Positions 20,197 to 30,825 of a stretch of DNA of 64,000 bases are shown piece by piece. Below the pieces are notes generated by a model. It was not told the origin of the DNA. It searched no databases and saw nothing but the letters and a program-made list of their open reading frames with translations. Position 1 is the first letter of the stretch; each line of letters opens with the position of its first letter. The position numbers and the translations under genes were made by a program. This DNA is from Candidatus Krumholzibacteriia bacterium (GTDB lineage Bacteria > Krumholzibacteriota > Krumholzibacteriia > Krumholzibacteriales > Krumholzibacteriaceae), in assembly GCA_963836185.1 (NCBI GenBank), contig CAWIIQ010000003.1, positions 480,001 through 544,000 of the forward strand, read 5' to 3'.

Positions 20197-21882
20197 TCAG
20201 TCCCTCGTCAACGACCTGTACTTGATCCTCTTGGGGATCTCCGCGGCTGCTCCGAGCCGCTCCTTCTTGTTCTTCTCGTAGTCGGAGAAGTTGCCCTCGA
20301 ACCAGTGTGTCCTGCTGTCCCCCTCGAAGGCGAGGATGTGGGTCGCTATGCGGTCGAGGAACCACCTGTCATGGCTGATAACGACTGCGCACCCGCCGAA
20401 GTTCTCGAGGGCCTCCTCGAGGGCGCGCATCGTGTTGACGTCGAGGTCGTTAGTAGGCTCATCGAGGAGGATGACGTTCGCGCTTTCCTGCATGACCATC
20501 GCGAGGTTGACCCTGTTGCGCTCGCCTCCCGAAAGGATGCCGACCTTCTTCGACTGATCGGAGCCGGAGAAATTGAAGCGTGCGACGTAGGCACGGGAGT
20601 TTATCTCCCTTGTGCCGAGCATGAGCAGGTCCTTGCCGCCTGATATCTGCTCCCAGATCGATTTATCGGGATCGAGGTTCTCTCTCGACTGGTCGACGTA
20701 GGCGAGCTTTACAGTCTCGCCGATCCTGATATCTCCCGAATCGGGGGTCTCCGCCCCGGTGATGAGCTTGAAGAGTGTCGTCTTTCCCGCCCCGTTCGCT
20801 CCGATCACGCCGACGATCCCTCCCGGCGGGAGCTTGAAGTTCAGGTCCTCGAAGATGACACGCTTGTCGTAGACCTTCGAAACCTTGTCTGCCTCTATCA
20901 CGACATCGCCCAGCCTGGGGCCGGGAGGAATGTAAAGTTCCAGGTCCTTCTGCCTCTTCTCGCCCTCGTCACCGAGAAGGTTCTCATAAGAGGTGATACG
21001 GGCCTTCGACTTGGTCTGGCGGGCCTTCGGCGACATCCGTATCCATTCAAGCTCACGCTGGAGGGTCTTCTGACGCTGCGATTCCTGCTTCTCCTCCACT
21101 GCGAGACGGTTCTGCTTCTGCTCGAGCCAGGAGGAGTAGTTACCCTTCCACGGGATGCCCTCGCCCCGGTCGAGTTCGAGTATCCAGCCGGCGACATTGT
21201 CGAGGAAGTACCGGTCATGCGTCACTGCGATGACGGTACCGGCGTACGCCTGCAGGTGATGCTCGAGCCAGGCGACCGTCTCGGCGTCGAGATGGTTCGT
21301 CGGCTCGTCGAGAAGGAGTATGTCCGGTTTCCGCAGTAGCAGCCGGCAGAGTGCCACGCGTCTCTTCTCGCCGCCAGAGATGACTTTTATCTTCGTATCG
21401 GGGGGAGGGCACCTGAGGGCGTCCATCGCCATGTCGAGCCTCGAGTCGAGGTCCCACGCGTCGAGGTGGTCGATCTTCTCCTGGATCTTACCCTGCTCCT
21501 CGAGAACAGTCGCCATCTCGTCGTCGTCCATCGGTTCGGCGAATTTCGCGCTGATCTCGTTGAATTTGCGCAGGAGGTCGGCTGTCTCCCGGACACCCTC
21601 CTCGACGATCTCCCTGACGGTCTTCTCCTCGTCGAGCTGCGGCTCCTGCTCGAGGAATCCGACCGAGTAGCCGGGGGATGGGAGCGATTCACCGACAAAA
21701 TCCCTGTCAACCCCGGCAAGGATCCTCATCAGCGAGCTCTTGCCTGAGCCGTTGAGACCGAGCACCCCTATCTTCGCACCGTAGAAATACGACAGTGATA
21801 TGTCCTTGAGGACCGGCTTATTGTTGTGGTACTTGCTTACTCCCATCATCGTATAGATGATCTTTTTTGAATCTTCGGTCAT
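20197..21882 (-). CDS. ettA: Energy-dependent translational throttle protein EttA (ABC-F)
   Basis: ISLSYFYGAKIGVLGLNGSGKS, two ABC domains, RELEWIRMSPKARQTKSKAR linker, PKRIKYRSL end. Confidence 0.96.
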   Translation of the reverse strand: MTEDSKKIIYTMMGVSKYHNNKPVLKDISLSYFYGAKIGVLGLNGSGKSSLMRILAGVDRDFVGESLPSPGYSVGFLEQEPQLDEEKTVREIVEEGVRETADLLRKFNEISAKFAEPMDDDEMATVLEEQGKIQEKIDHLDAWDLDSRLDMAMDALRCPPPDTKIKVISGGEKRRVALCRLLLRKPDILLLDEPTNHLDAETVAWLEHHLQAYAGTVIAVTHDRYFLDNVAGWILELDRGEGIPWKGNYSSWLEQKQNRLAVEEKQESQRQKTLQRELEWIRMSPKARQTKSKARITSYENLLGDEGEKRQKDLELYIPPGPRLGDVVIEADKVSKVYDKRVIFEDLNFKLPPGGIVGVIGANGAGKTTLFKLITGAETPDSGDIRIGETVKLAYVDQSRENLDPDKSIWEQISGGKDLLMLGTREINSRAYVARFNFSGSDQSKKVGILSGGERNRVNLAMVMQESANVILLDEPTNDLDVNTMRALEEALENFGGCAVVISHDRWFLDRIATHILAFEGDSRTHWFEGNFSDYEKNKKERLGAAAEIPKRIKYRSLTRD

Positions 21883-21900
21883 TCTTTCACCTCGCAGGAA

Positions 21901-22227
21901 TTATTTCTGCCAGACGGCGTGTCCCCTGCGGCGCAGGATGTTCGCCAGCTCGATTTCCATCTCTACGGCATCGGAATACGAGAGCGGATTATACTCCGCG
22001 TACAGGTTCGGACACAACCGAAGGCCGTAGAGCTTTACATACTTGTTAGATTTATACCTTTCCTTGTGGTTCTCGAACCTGTTTTCGGGGGAGAGCCCCG
22101 TCATACCCACGTAGTAGCACCGGCAGCCCTCCTCGCAGCCCGGGTTGGCTTTCCTGAACTTCCATTCCTTCCAGACGGCGCCGTCGAGTTCGACTACATA
22201 GACGTTGTGGTGTTTCTTCCGGGGCAT
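21901..22227 (-). CDS. Stand-alone GIY-YIG superfamily protein
   Basis: NVYVVEL...YYVGMTG....RF.NH...A..ME..LA; alternative start at 22245. Confidence 0.7.
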   Translation of the reverse strand: MPRKKHHNVYVVELDGAVWKEWKFRKANPGCEEGCRCYYVGMTGLSPENRFENHKERYKSNKYVKLYGLRLCPNLYAEYNPLSYSDAVEMEIELANILRRRGHAVWQK

Positions 22228-22343
22228 CTCCGCGTCCTCCATCACGCTGCAGGCGATGTTACCAGATTTGCTCCGTGTTGAATAGAATCGGGATTTGTAC
22301 TATTGTGTCAGCCTCGAACAATAACAGGTCTCAGGAGGTTTTG

Positions 22344-23855
22344 ATGTTTCCCTGCAGCCGGGTACGAATTCTCGCGATAACGATCTCGCTTGTCATTTTC
22401 TTCAGCACAGTGCAGGCCGCTGCGGACGCGAAATCGCATGCCGGCCAGATAGACGAGCTGATAAGCCTGCTTCACGAGCGGGGACAGTTCAATGGGTCGA
22501 TACTGGCCGCCGAGGACGGGCAGGTCATTTATGAAAAAGGCTTCGGTATGGCGAACATCGAGTCGTCGGTACCCAACGAAGTCGATTCGAAATTCATCAT
22601 CGGTTCGATAACGAAGACCTTCACAGCGGTGATGATCATGCAGCTCGCCGAAGAAGGCAGGCTCGGCCTCGATGACCCCGTCACGAAGCACCTGCCATGG
22701 TACCCAGCGGACACAGGGGACAGGATCACGATAAAGCACCTTCTAAACCACCGTTCCGGGATCCCCAACCATATGCGGGACATCCCCGAATTTCGGGGGG
22801 ATACCCAGTACGCCTGGTTCAGGCACTACAAGCCGGAAGAACTGGTCGGAATCTTCTCCGGACTCGACCTGAAGTTCGAGCCGGGCGAGAAGTTCGAGTA
22901 CTGCAATTCGGGATTCTATCTTCTCGGTGTGATCATCGAGGCGGTGACCGGTAAAAGTTACGCTGAGGCTCTTCGCTCGATGATTCTCGAGCCTGCCGGT
23001 ATGGATGACACCGGATACTATTCGAGCTACCGCGATATCGTCGACAAGCGCGCCAGGGGATATTACGACTTCGGGTTCAGCGGCTTCAGGAACGCCCGCT
23101 ATGTCGACCCGACAGTACTCTATTCGGCCGGAGGGATGCACTCGACAGTCGCCGATCTCTTCCTGTACGACCAGGCGCTGAAATCGGAAAAACTGCTTCC
23201 TGCGGAGTCGAGGGACAGGATGTACGAGATGCTCTTCGAGCGTCCGAATACGGGGGCAGGTTACGGGCTGGGCTGGAGCGTTGGGAAGACCTTCGTTTCC
23301 GAATCGATCGATTCGATAGGGTATGTCGGCCACGCCGGTGACGGGCCGGGATATTTCGGGTGGATGAACAGTTACGATGATGGAAATTTCATCGTCTTTC
23401 TGACGAACACGAACACTTTCAATATCTTTACGGCAAGATTCATACTGGATGATATCCTGCGTATACTGCACGACCTGCCCTGGGACAGGACCCCGCCGTT
23501 CGGCATCGGGCGGGCGATCCAGCCGGTGATAGAGGAGAAGGGAGTCAAGGCGGGGATCTCGGAGTACTACCGGCTCAAGAGAGAGGCCCCTGAAGACTAT
23601 ATCTTCCTTCCGCCTGAGCTGAACCGCCTGGGGTATTATCTGCTCAGAAATGGACAGATAAATGACGCGATAGCTATCTTCACACTGAACCGGGACGAGT
23701 ATCCAGAAGTGGCGAACGTCTTCGACAGTCTCGGCGAGGCCTATATTAAGGCGGGAAAGAAGGATCTGGCGATAGAGAACTATGAAAAGGTCCTTCTGCT
23801 CGATCCTGACAGCAAGAACGCGGCGGCGATGCTCGAGAAGCTGCGGAAGGAGTGA
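22344..23855 (+). CDS. Serine hydrolase (beta-lactamase/S12 family) with C-terminal TPR
   Basis: SxxK (GSITK), YxN (YCNSG), HAG; LNRLGYYLL...NVFDSLGEAY TPR; RBS AGGAGG. Confidence 0.9.
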   Translation: MFPCSRVRILAITISLVIFFSTVQAAADAKSHAGQIDELISLLHERGQFNGSILAAEDGQVIYEKGFGMANIESSVPNEVDSKFIIGSITKTFTAVMIMQLAEEGRLGLDDPVTKHLPWYPADTGDRITIKHLLNHRSGIPNHMRDIPEFRGDTQYAWFRHYKPEELVGIFSGLDLKFEPGEKFEYCNSGFYLLGVIIEAVTGKSYAEALRSMILEPAGMDDTGYYSSYRDIVDKRARGYYDFGFSGFRNARYVDPTVLYSAGGMHSTVADLFLYDQALKSEKLLPAESRDRMYEMLFERPNTGAGYGLGWSVGKTFVSESIDSIGYVGHAGDGPGYFGWMNSYDDGNFIVFLTNTNTFNIFTARFILDDILRILHDLPWDRTPPFGIGRAIQPVIEEKGVKAGISEYYRLKREAPEDYIFLPPELNRLGYYLLRNGQINDAIAIFTLNRDEYPEVANVFDSLGEAYIKAGKKDLAIENYEKVLLLDPDSKNAAAMLEKLRKE

Positions 23856-23965
23856 CCGGGCCTATTTTTCGCTGGCTATCGGTCATAAAATTCATATATT
23901 TGTCAGACAACCGGGTTGCGGAACGGTCCGCGGCCCGGATTTCATATTTAACGAAGAGTGAATAG

Positions 23966-24658
23966 ATGAAGATCGCATACACAGGACTGGGCCTTCAGGA
24001 GGGCAAGGTAAGATACGAGGACCCGACGGTCCACTCGCTGACGGCCAAGTTCTCGCCGAAGAAGGTCACCCCGTACTACTTCGAGTTCATCGGCGACGAT
24101 TTCGAATCGGCTGATATCATCGTTGTCACGCGCGACCACGTGCTCGATCTTCTGATATTCGACATCGAGAAGATGGAGACGAGGCTCGGACGCAGCGAGG
24201 ACGAAGAGGAGCGTGCCGCTGTGGCCGCCGCCCTGGCCGCCCTGGAAAGCGAGATCCCAGTCTGCGATATGGAACTCGACGATACGGCCGCCGTCCATAT
24301 GCGGCAGATCGGCCCGCTCAGCCTCAAGCCCGTGCTGATCGTCGACTCCGAATCGATCGATGTCCAGGAACTGATCCCGTTCGCCATGCATAAGGCCGGA
24401 ATGATGTTCTTCTACACCGCCGGCCAGCAGGAAGTGCACGCCTGGCTGATCCCCTCCGGCCTGGGCGCCCAGGAATGCGCCGGGCAGATCCACTCCGACC
24501 TCGCCCGCGGCTTCGTAAAGGCCGAGATCGTATCGGTCGAGGACATGCTCCAGTGCCATTCGATGTCGGATGCCCGGAAGAAGGGCCTCACCCGCCTCGT
24601 CGACCGCGACTTCGTCATCACTTCCGATACCGTCATCGAGATACGTTTCAATATCTAG
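23966..24658 (+). CDS. Shortened YchF-like protein (DUF933/TGS C-terminus) lacking G1 and G3 nucleotide-binding motifs
   Basis: C-terminus FYTAG.QEVHAW...AGQIHSDLARGFVKAE...IEIRFN; no GxxxxGKS or DIAG. Confidence 0.82.
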   Translation: MKIAYTGLGLQEGKVRYEDPTVHSLTAKFSPKKVTPYYFEFIGDDFESADIIVVTRDHVLDLLIFDIEKMETRLGRSEDEEERAAVAAALAALESEIPVCDMELDDTAAVHMRQIGPLSLKPVLIVDSESIDVQELIPFAMHKAGMMFFYTAGQQEVHAWLIPSGLGAQECAGQIHSDLARGFVKAEIVSVEDMLQCHSMSDARKKGLTRLVDRDFVITSDTVIEIRFNI

Positions 24659-24771
24659 TCCTTTCAAATCCTCCGTAAATTCATCTGGCATTGACATCGG
24701 CCCGCGTTGCGTGTTCAATGGACGCAATAATCAACTCGCCGGTTTTGATTCATTTTCCGGAAGGACGGAGC

Positions 24772-25365
24772 ATGAAACGTGTACTCGCAGTTACTCTCGC
24801 GGCAGCCATCGTGCTGTCAGCCGGCGCTCATGCCGCGCCTAAAGGCAACCTCCAGCTCGGATTCGGAGCCAACCAGATACAGGGTGCTCCCATGATGGGG
24901 CTCGACTGGAAGAATCCGATGCTTTATGCGGGGGGCATGTATTTCCCTTCGTCCTGGGCGGTGCTCGTCGCCGATATATCGTACGGTATGGAGAATGAAT
25001 ACGAGCAGACAGACGGAGAATTTACCGAAACAGTAAAGGTGGGAGCCGGCTATGCGGACTTCATGTTCGGAGCGGTAAAGCACTTCACCGATGGCGGTTT
25101 CCTTTATGCCGGCCTCGGTGCCGCGGTCGGCTGGGCGAGCATCGAGCTGTCAGACAACGATTCGGAGATTACGATCGATACGGGAGTTGGAGCGGTGTTT
25201 GGAGCAGGTATGCAGATCCCGATCAAGAATACCTTCATGGGATTCGCCAATTTCAAGCAGCGCTGCGTTCCGACCGATGTCAAAGACGAAGAATTTTCCG
25301 CGACCTTCAACGCCGGCGGCTTCGAGATGATAGTCGGCGTTGCGTGGACGTTCGGCGACAAGTAG
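24772..25365 (+). CDS. Small outer-membrane beta-barrel protein
   Basis: Signal peptide, alternating beta strands, terminal GVAWTF. Confidence 0.75.
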   Translation: MKRVLAVTLAAAIVLSAGAHAAPKGNLQLGFGANQIQGAPMMGLDWKNPMLYAGGMYFPSSWAVLVADISYGMENEYEQTDGEFTETVKVGAGYADFMFGAVKHFTDGGFLYAGLGAAVGWASIELSDNDSEITIDTGVGAVFGAGMQIPIKNTFMGFANFKQRCVPTDVKDEEFSATFNAGGFEMIVGVAWTFGDK

Positions 25366-25403
25366 GATATGGCAGGTTCCGATAATCAAGAGGGAGCATA
25401 GCC

Positions 25404-26684
25404 GTGGCAAGCAGGATAGTTATAGCGGTTCTGGTCATCGTGATCGCCGCGCTGGTCGTCAAGCTGGTGATGGACAGCAGGAAAGGAGAGAGCGAGGCGG
25501 GGTATGAGCTGCCTCCTCCCGAGACTCTCGACGCACGCGACGTCGCTGCATTCATAGACAGTGAGGCTACGACCTTCCGCGTACGGACTACACGTGATGT
25601 CCTTCCCGGCGGGTATTCCGCGGCTATGACCCCTCTTCTCGTCGACTGGGACAAGTCTGACCTCTCGCCGGGAGGTGAGATCCTGCTTCTCAACATCAAC
25701 CATGGCGGCAATCCCGTCTCCGGTGTGACAGAGTTGCGTTCAGCGGTTATAAGGCCGGACAAGATCAAGGAGGCGCAGTTCATCATGGTCCCGCTCGGAG
25801 GGCCCGAGGCGATCTCCCACGGGATGGTTCGTTTCATCTTTGAGGAAGGGGGCGCCGAGTTCTCAGGCGGAGACAGGGGGGTGGCCGGCAAGAAGGAGAT
25901 ACTCGAGGACCTGATGATCTCCTGGGAGGCATGGCGCGCTCCGGGTGTCGACTACAAGATGATGAAGGGGATGGATCCCGAGACTTACGAACTGAGCTGC
26001 CGCGCGTACTCCGGGCCGCAGCGCTTTCTCGAGGATGCGCTGATGAACCGTGACTGGAACATGTACAAGCTCGATCTGCCCGACGGGATAGATGCTTACA
26101 GGGAACTGCTCCTTGTCGCCCTCGCGCTGGGAGACGGAGCATCCCGCCATTCGATAGTCTGGATGATCGAGGATGCCGAGAAGAAATGGCAGGAGGAGGG
26201 TCTCGAATCAGATCCGGAGCAGGCCGCCGCCGCAGGTATCTGGCGTGCACTCAAGGAGAGGGCCGGCTCGGCGAGCCCGCCGGTCGACGATCCCCGCGCC
26301 GATATGACGGGCAAGACGGGTTACCAGTCACTGACAAGGTCATGTGCGACTATGGCGCTATATTCAGTGGATCTTACCGTGGCGCGGCTTATCGAGGCGG
26401 GTCATCCGGCGGATGGCGCGAGGCCTACGCAGAAACCGGAGATGGTCGATGAGCCGGAATGGATGATAGAGCTGGGGAGCGCCGATATCGCAGGTATCCT
26501 AGTGCGGACCCCGAAGGCTCTCGCCTACGCCCGGGCTAATCCGACTGTTATCCCCGGCAATATCCCGAAAGCCCTCGAAGAGGCGGGGCTTCTTGTCATG
26601 GACGGCGACAGGCCGTGGCACAAACGCTATTCGATGCAGGGGGACACCCCCTGGGGGCACAGGTGGCAGCTGCTGATAAGATAA
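25404..26684 (+). CDS. Membrane-anchored DUF4105/Lnb-N-like (permuted papain fold) protein
   Basis: N-terminal TM; SHGMVRFIF, ISWEAWR..G..Y....G...YEL, YQSLTRSCAT (His before Cys). Confidence 0.55.
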   Translation: MASRIVIAVLVIVIAALVVKLVMDSRKGESEAGYELPPPETLDARDVAAFIDSEATTFRVRTTRDVLPGGYSAAMTPLLVDWDKSDLSPGGEILLLNINHGGNPVSGVTELRSAVIRPDKIKEAQFIMVPLGGPEAISHGMVRFIFEEGGAEFSGGDRGVAGKKEILEDLMISWEAWRAPGVDYKMMKGMDPETYELSCRAYSGPQRFLEDALMNRDWNMYKLDLPDGIDAYRELLLVALALGDGASRHSIVWMIEDAEKKWQEEGLESDPEQAAAAGIWRALKERAGSASPPVDDPRADMTGKTGYQSLTRSCATMALYSVDLTVARLIEAGHPADGARPTQKPEMVDEPEWMIELGSADIAGILVRTPKALAYARANPTVIPGNIPKALEEAGLLVMDGDRPWHKRYSMQGDTPWGHRWQLLIR

Positions 26685-26697
26685 CGGGAGGGGAAAA

Positions 26698-27893
26698 ATG
26701 AAACGGATACTGATTTTCTCGCTGATACTTGTTTCTTTCAAGTCCGGCATCCGCGGTACTGACCTTTTATACCGATGAAGCGGCATACCTGGCCGAAGTA
26801 ACCACCCTCGGCTACAGGGTTGTGAATGAAGGATTCGAGGATGACCTCGTCTGGGGGACCGTACGGACAACGATCAATGATCCAAACTACGGGGCGGTTA
26901 TCATAAGCCAGGGAATCACCTGGACCTCGAATCATCCCGGAGAACGAGATCACAACGGGCAGCGGACCTGCTTTGACCGGGTCCTGGGGATTCTACTCGA
27001 TGCCTCATGGAAATTACGCGACAGGGACGGACTGCCTGACCCCCGGTATGTGCGGGGACGGATTCATCGGCACCAGGCTCGATACGATATATGCCGTCGG
27101 GGGATGGATCACCGGATTCTATGGCGGAAGACTGAACGTGATACTCGATGGCGACACACTCAACGCTGTCGATTTCGACGGCGCCAACGATCTTGAGAAT
27201 ATCCACCAGTTCTTCGGGGTGATAGAGACGAACGGATTTACCGATTTCGAGTTCCGGGAGATGGAAGGCACGAGCGAGGACGCGAAGTACATGTGGGCCG
27301 ATGATTTTACATTCGGCCTGCCCCTGACCTCCGCTGTGCTGATCACCAATTTCAGTGCCTCTGTCAACGGATTGAGCGTCGAGCTGGACTGGCAGGTATA
27401 TGCCGACGAATCTATATCGGGGTTCAGGATCTATCGTGAGGATGCTGCAGGAAACTCCTCGACCTTCCCCGAAGACGGCCTGCTGGCCTCGTCGGCGACA
27501 GCGTTCACCGATTCGGATGTAATTCCTGGGATCGACTATATCTATATTCTCGCGGTCGTCAAGCCGGACGGCAGTGAGGTCAAGTCGCTCGAGACACGGG
27601 CAGGGATAGAGATCGCCCCCGCCCGGCTTTCACAGAACTACCCGAACCCGTTTAATCCAGTAACGCGGATCGGGTATTACGTTGACAGGGATGACGATGT
27701 ATCCCTCAGGATATACGATGTGGCGGGGAGACATGTACGTACCCTTATGGAGCGGCAACTGCCGCCCGGAGAGTACGTGGAGATATGGAACGGAGTCGAT
27801 GAGCAGGGCGATCCCGTCGCTAGCGGAATATATTTCTACAGGCTCAGGATCGGCAAGACCACGATGACCCGAAGGATGGTCCTTATCCGGTAG
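26698..27893 (+). CDS. Secreted protein with FlgD-Ig/T9SS-like C-terminal domain, frameshifted near 26730 and 26945
   Basis: ATG 26698 signal peptide; LSQNYPNPFNP...IYDVAGR.VRTL...WNG.D..G..VASGIYFY. Confidence 0.75.
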
Positions 27894-27896
27894 CTT

Positions 27897-29090
27897 TTAT
27901 CGGACCTCGGCTTCTTCATGCCTGAACCAGTGCCTCGTTCGCAGGCTGATGCGCACCAGCATCAGCATCACGGGCACCTCTATCAATACTCCCACTACAG
28001 TTGCCAGCGCCGCACCCGATGACAACCCGAAGAGCATCGTCGCCGTGGCGATGGCGACCTCGAAGTGGTTCGAGGCCCCGATCATTGCCGCCGGCGCGGC
28101 ATTTTCGTATGTCAGCCCAAGCACCTTCGCGGCCCCGTACCCGAGCCAGAAGATCAGCATCGTCTGTATGAAGAGCGGTATGGCGATCCAGAGGATCGTC
28201 AGCGGGTTGGCGAGGATGACGTCACCCTTGAAGCTGAAGAGCAGGATGAGCGTTATCAGAAGAGCGACGATCGTCACAGGCGTAAGGAGATGAAGGAACT
28301 TCTCCCTGAACCATGATTCGCCCTTTGTCGCGATGATCGCTCCCCGGGTGATATACCCCGCGACCAGGGGCAGCGCTACATATATCGATATCGACAGCAG
28401 CAGCGCCTGCCATGGAACGGGCAGCCGGCCGACGCCGAGAAGGAACCCGCCGAGTATCCCGTAGAGCAGGAGCATCGTCAGCGAGTTGATAGCTACCATG
28501 ACGAGGGTCAGCCCGTCGTTGCCGCGTGCGAGGAATCCCCACACGAGGACCATCGCGGTGCATGGCGCGATGCCGAGAAGGATCGCCCCGGCGAGATAGC
28601 TTCTCCAGAGCGGCACCTCGAGCATCTTGATTCCGTCGACGATCACCACGGTCCCCGCTCCGTGCGTCGAGCCGAGAGGCAGGTCGAGCCCGAAAGGCAT
28701 CTTTACCAGGTCGGTCGCCTCCGGTCCTATAAATCCCCTGAACAGGACCCCGAGGAAGAGCATCGCTATCGCGTACATCGTGAAGGGCTTGACCGCCCAG
28801 TTGATGATAAGGGTCAGGAAGACCGGCTTTCCGCTGCGTCCCGCCTTGACGACCTCGGCGAAGTCGATCTTGACCATGATGGGGTACATCATGAAGAAAA
28901 GGCAGACCGCGATAGGTATCGATACCACGGGGGCTCCCTTGACCGATATCGCCATCCCGTCGAGAGAACGCGCCACGCCCGGCGCCATTCTGCCGAGAAG
29001 TATCCCGGCTACGATGCAGAGGCCGACCCACACGGTCAGGTACCTCTCGAAGACGCTCTTCATCCTTCTCGTATCACTGTTGATTGCCAT
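27897..29090 (-). CDS. acr3: ACR3-family arsenite efflux transporter
   Basis: [49 protein letters not shown]. Confidence 0.95.
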   Translation of the reverse strand: MAINSDTRRMKSVFERYLTVWVGLCIVAGILLGRMAPGVARSLDGMAISVKGAPVVSIPIAVCLFFMMYPIMVKIDFAEVVKAGRSGKPVFLTLIINWAVKPFTMYAIAMLFLGVLFRGFIGPEATDLVKMPFGLDLPLGSTHGAGTVVIVDGIKMLEVPLWRSYLAGAILLGIAPCTAMVLVWGFLARGNDGLTLVMVAINSLTMLLLYGILGGFLLGVGRLPVPWQALLLSISIYVALPLVAGYITRGAIIATKGESWFREKFLHLLTPVTIVALLITLILLFSFKGDVILANPLTILWIAIPLFIQTMLIFWLGYGAAKVLGLTYENAAPAAMIGASNHFEVAIATATMLFGLSSGAALATVVGVLIEVPVMLMLVRISLRTRHWFRHEEAEVR

Positions 29091-29121
29091 TCCCGATCAG
29101 TCCTCCTGTGATCCTTTCCGG

Positions 29122-29907
29122 TTACTTGACGGCCTCGATCGTCGCCGACCGGGCGTATTCCTCTACGCCGGTTCCGGGGAACCAGTCCTTGATGAATTCT
29201 ACGCTCTCCTCATTTACGCATATCTCCACCTTCGAGAATCCGGCCTCGATCAGCATCTCCTCGTAGAGCGAGACCGATACTGCTCCGGCAATACATCCGG
29301 CATAGGCGTCGAGGTCGTTTCTTACACTCTCGGGCATATCGCCTATTGTCACGACATCCGAGATCGCTAGCCGGCCCCCGTCCTTCAGAACGCGCCATGC
29401 GTCCCGAAGCACCTGCGGCTTGGCGGGGGAGAGGTTGATCACGCAGTTAGAGATGATCACATCGACAGTGTCGTTAGCCACGGGAAGATGCTCGATCTCT
29501 CCTAGACGGAACTCGACGTTTACGAATCCGCCCTCAGCCGCTGCCTGCCTCGCCTTGAGGAGCATCGGGGGCGTCATGTCGATCCCGATCACGCGTCCCG
29601 TATCGCCGACCTTCATCGATGCGAGAAAGCAGTCGATGCCGCCTCCGCTGCCGAGGTCCACGACAGTCTCGCCTTCCTTAAGCGAAGCTATCGCGATCGG
29701 GTTTCCGCACCCGAGGCCCATGTTGCTCTCGACGGGGAGCGATTCAAGTTCTTTCTTTGAATACCCGAGCTTCTCCGAGACTTCTTTCGCCTCGGAGCCA
29801 GAAGGCGAGCAGCATGACGTACCACCGCACCCGCAGGAGTCTGCTGTTTCGGCGTAACGTTTCCTGATCTCGTCCCTGATATGGTCCTTGTCATTGTTCT
29901 GTGTCAT
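29122..29907 (-). CDS. arsM: Arsenite S-adenosylmethionine methyltransferase
   Basis: Cys-rich N-terminus, GLGCGNP, DLGSGGGID, SNCVINL, AGCIAGA; likely start MTQN at 29907. Confidence 0.93.
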   Translation of the reverse strand: MTQNNDKDHIRDEIRKRYAETADSCGCGGTSCCSPSGSEAKEVSEKLGYSKKELESLPVESNMGLGCGNPIAIASLKEGETVVDLGSGGGIDCFLASMKVGDTGRVIGIDMTPPMLLKARQAAAEGGFVNVEFRLGEIEHLPVANDTVDVIISNCVINLSPAKPQVLRDAWRVLKDGGRLAISDVVTIGDMPESVRNDLDAYAGCIAGAVSVSLYEEMLIEAGFSKVEICVNEESVEFIKDWFPGTGVEEYARSATIEAVK

Positions 29908-30352
29908 GCTTCTGTTCCTTTTCGAGATTGCCCGGAATGCCTTCGACGAACATCCTGATCTCGTCCCGCACCCTGCGGTATATATCGAGTTTCTCCTCTT
30001 CCCCTTCGACATCTTTCGCGAGCGAAGGGGGATCGTCGAATCCGACATGAACTACCTTGCCGGTACCCGGGAAGAAGGGGCATGTCTCTCGCGCATTGTC
30101 GCATACGGTCACGACGTAATCGAAATCGATATTGATAAACTCTCTCACGTTCTGTGATTTCGCTCCCGAGATATCGACGCCCGCTTCGGCCATGACCTTG
30201 ACCGCGTTCGGATTGAGACCGTGGGTCTCTATGCCGGCAGACATCGCTTCGATCTCGCTGCTCTTTAAATGCCCGGCCCACCCTTGCGCCATCTGGCTCC
30301 TGCACGAGTTGCCCGTGCAGAGAAAAAGTATCTTCAGCCTGTCATTTGCCAT
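29891..30352 (-). CDS. arsC: Arsenate reductase, thioredoxin/LMW-PTP type
   Basis: CTGNSCRSQMA, TVCDNARETCP, DDP, RRVRDEI. Confidence 0.95.
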   Translation of the reverse strand: MANDRLKILFLCTGNSCRSQMAQGWAGHLKSSEIEAMSAGIETHGLNPNAVKVMAEAGVDISGAKSQNVREFINIDFDYVVTVCDNARETCPFFPGTGKVVHVGFDDPPSLAKDVEGEEEKLDIYRRVRDEIRMFVEGIPGNLEKEQKHDTEQ

Positions 30353-30731
30353 ATTGATCATCTCCCTCACAGGACCTCGTAGAGCAGTACCTGGCTGCGC
30401 CGCATCTGGCGACCTTCCTGAGGTATTTCCGGTCGGCCCTGATCTCCGACGAGTTTTTGAGCGATTCCCCCAGCCAGTCCATGACTGTCACGACCGGTTC
30501 GGTCTTTGCCGCCTCGGAAAGCCTGTAGTATACCCACCGTCCGTTCTTGCGGCTTTCCACCAGCCCCGCACTGTGCAGGATGCTTATGTGGCGCGAGACG
30601 GTAGCCGGCGCGAGACCGAGCATCTCGGTCACCTGGCAGACGCATAATTCATCCATATCCCTGAGGGCCATCACTGTCCGCAGCCTGTTACCGTCTGACA
30701 GGGCCTTTGTCACTGATAGAACATCTTTCAT
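30342..30731 (-). CDS. arsR: ArsR/SmtB family repressor
   Basis: KALSDGNRLR, ELCVCQ, TVSRHI, GRWVYYRL; Cys-rich tail. Confidence 0.9.
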   Translation of the reverse strand: MKDVLSVTKALSDGNRLRTVMALRDMDELCVCQVTEMLGLAPATVSRHISILHSAGLVESRKNGRWVYYRLSEAAKTEPVVTVMDWLGESLKNSSEIRADRKYLRKVARCGAARYCSTRSCEGDDQYGK

Positions 30732-30749
30732 CCTGATTCTCCATGCTTC

Positions 30750-30803
30750 TATATTTAGCCAAACAACGAAATGAAAGATAGCCTGTTAATGGAGCGGTGT
30801 CAA
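30750..30803 (-). promoter_or_regulatory. sigma70 promoter and ArsR operator of arsR-arsC-arsM-acr3
   Basis: TTGACA-17-TATCTT; imperfect inverted repeat ATTTAGC-N6-ACGAAAT, similar to the box at 33964. Confidence 0.7.
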
Positions 30804-30825
30804 GAAAGGTTGTGTCAGGAAATGG

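Noticed and set aside
23948-24727. Long antisense ORFs, for example 23948-24727, 53574-54869, 5642-6871, 43722-44723 and 45119-46207
   Set aside because: Shadow ORFs opposite well-supported genes, expected from GC-rich codon bias.
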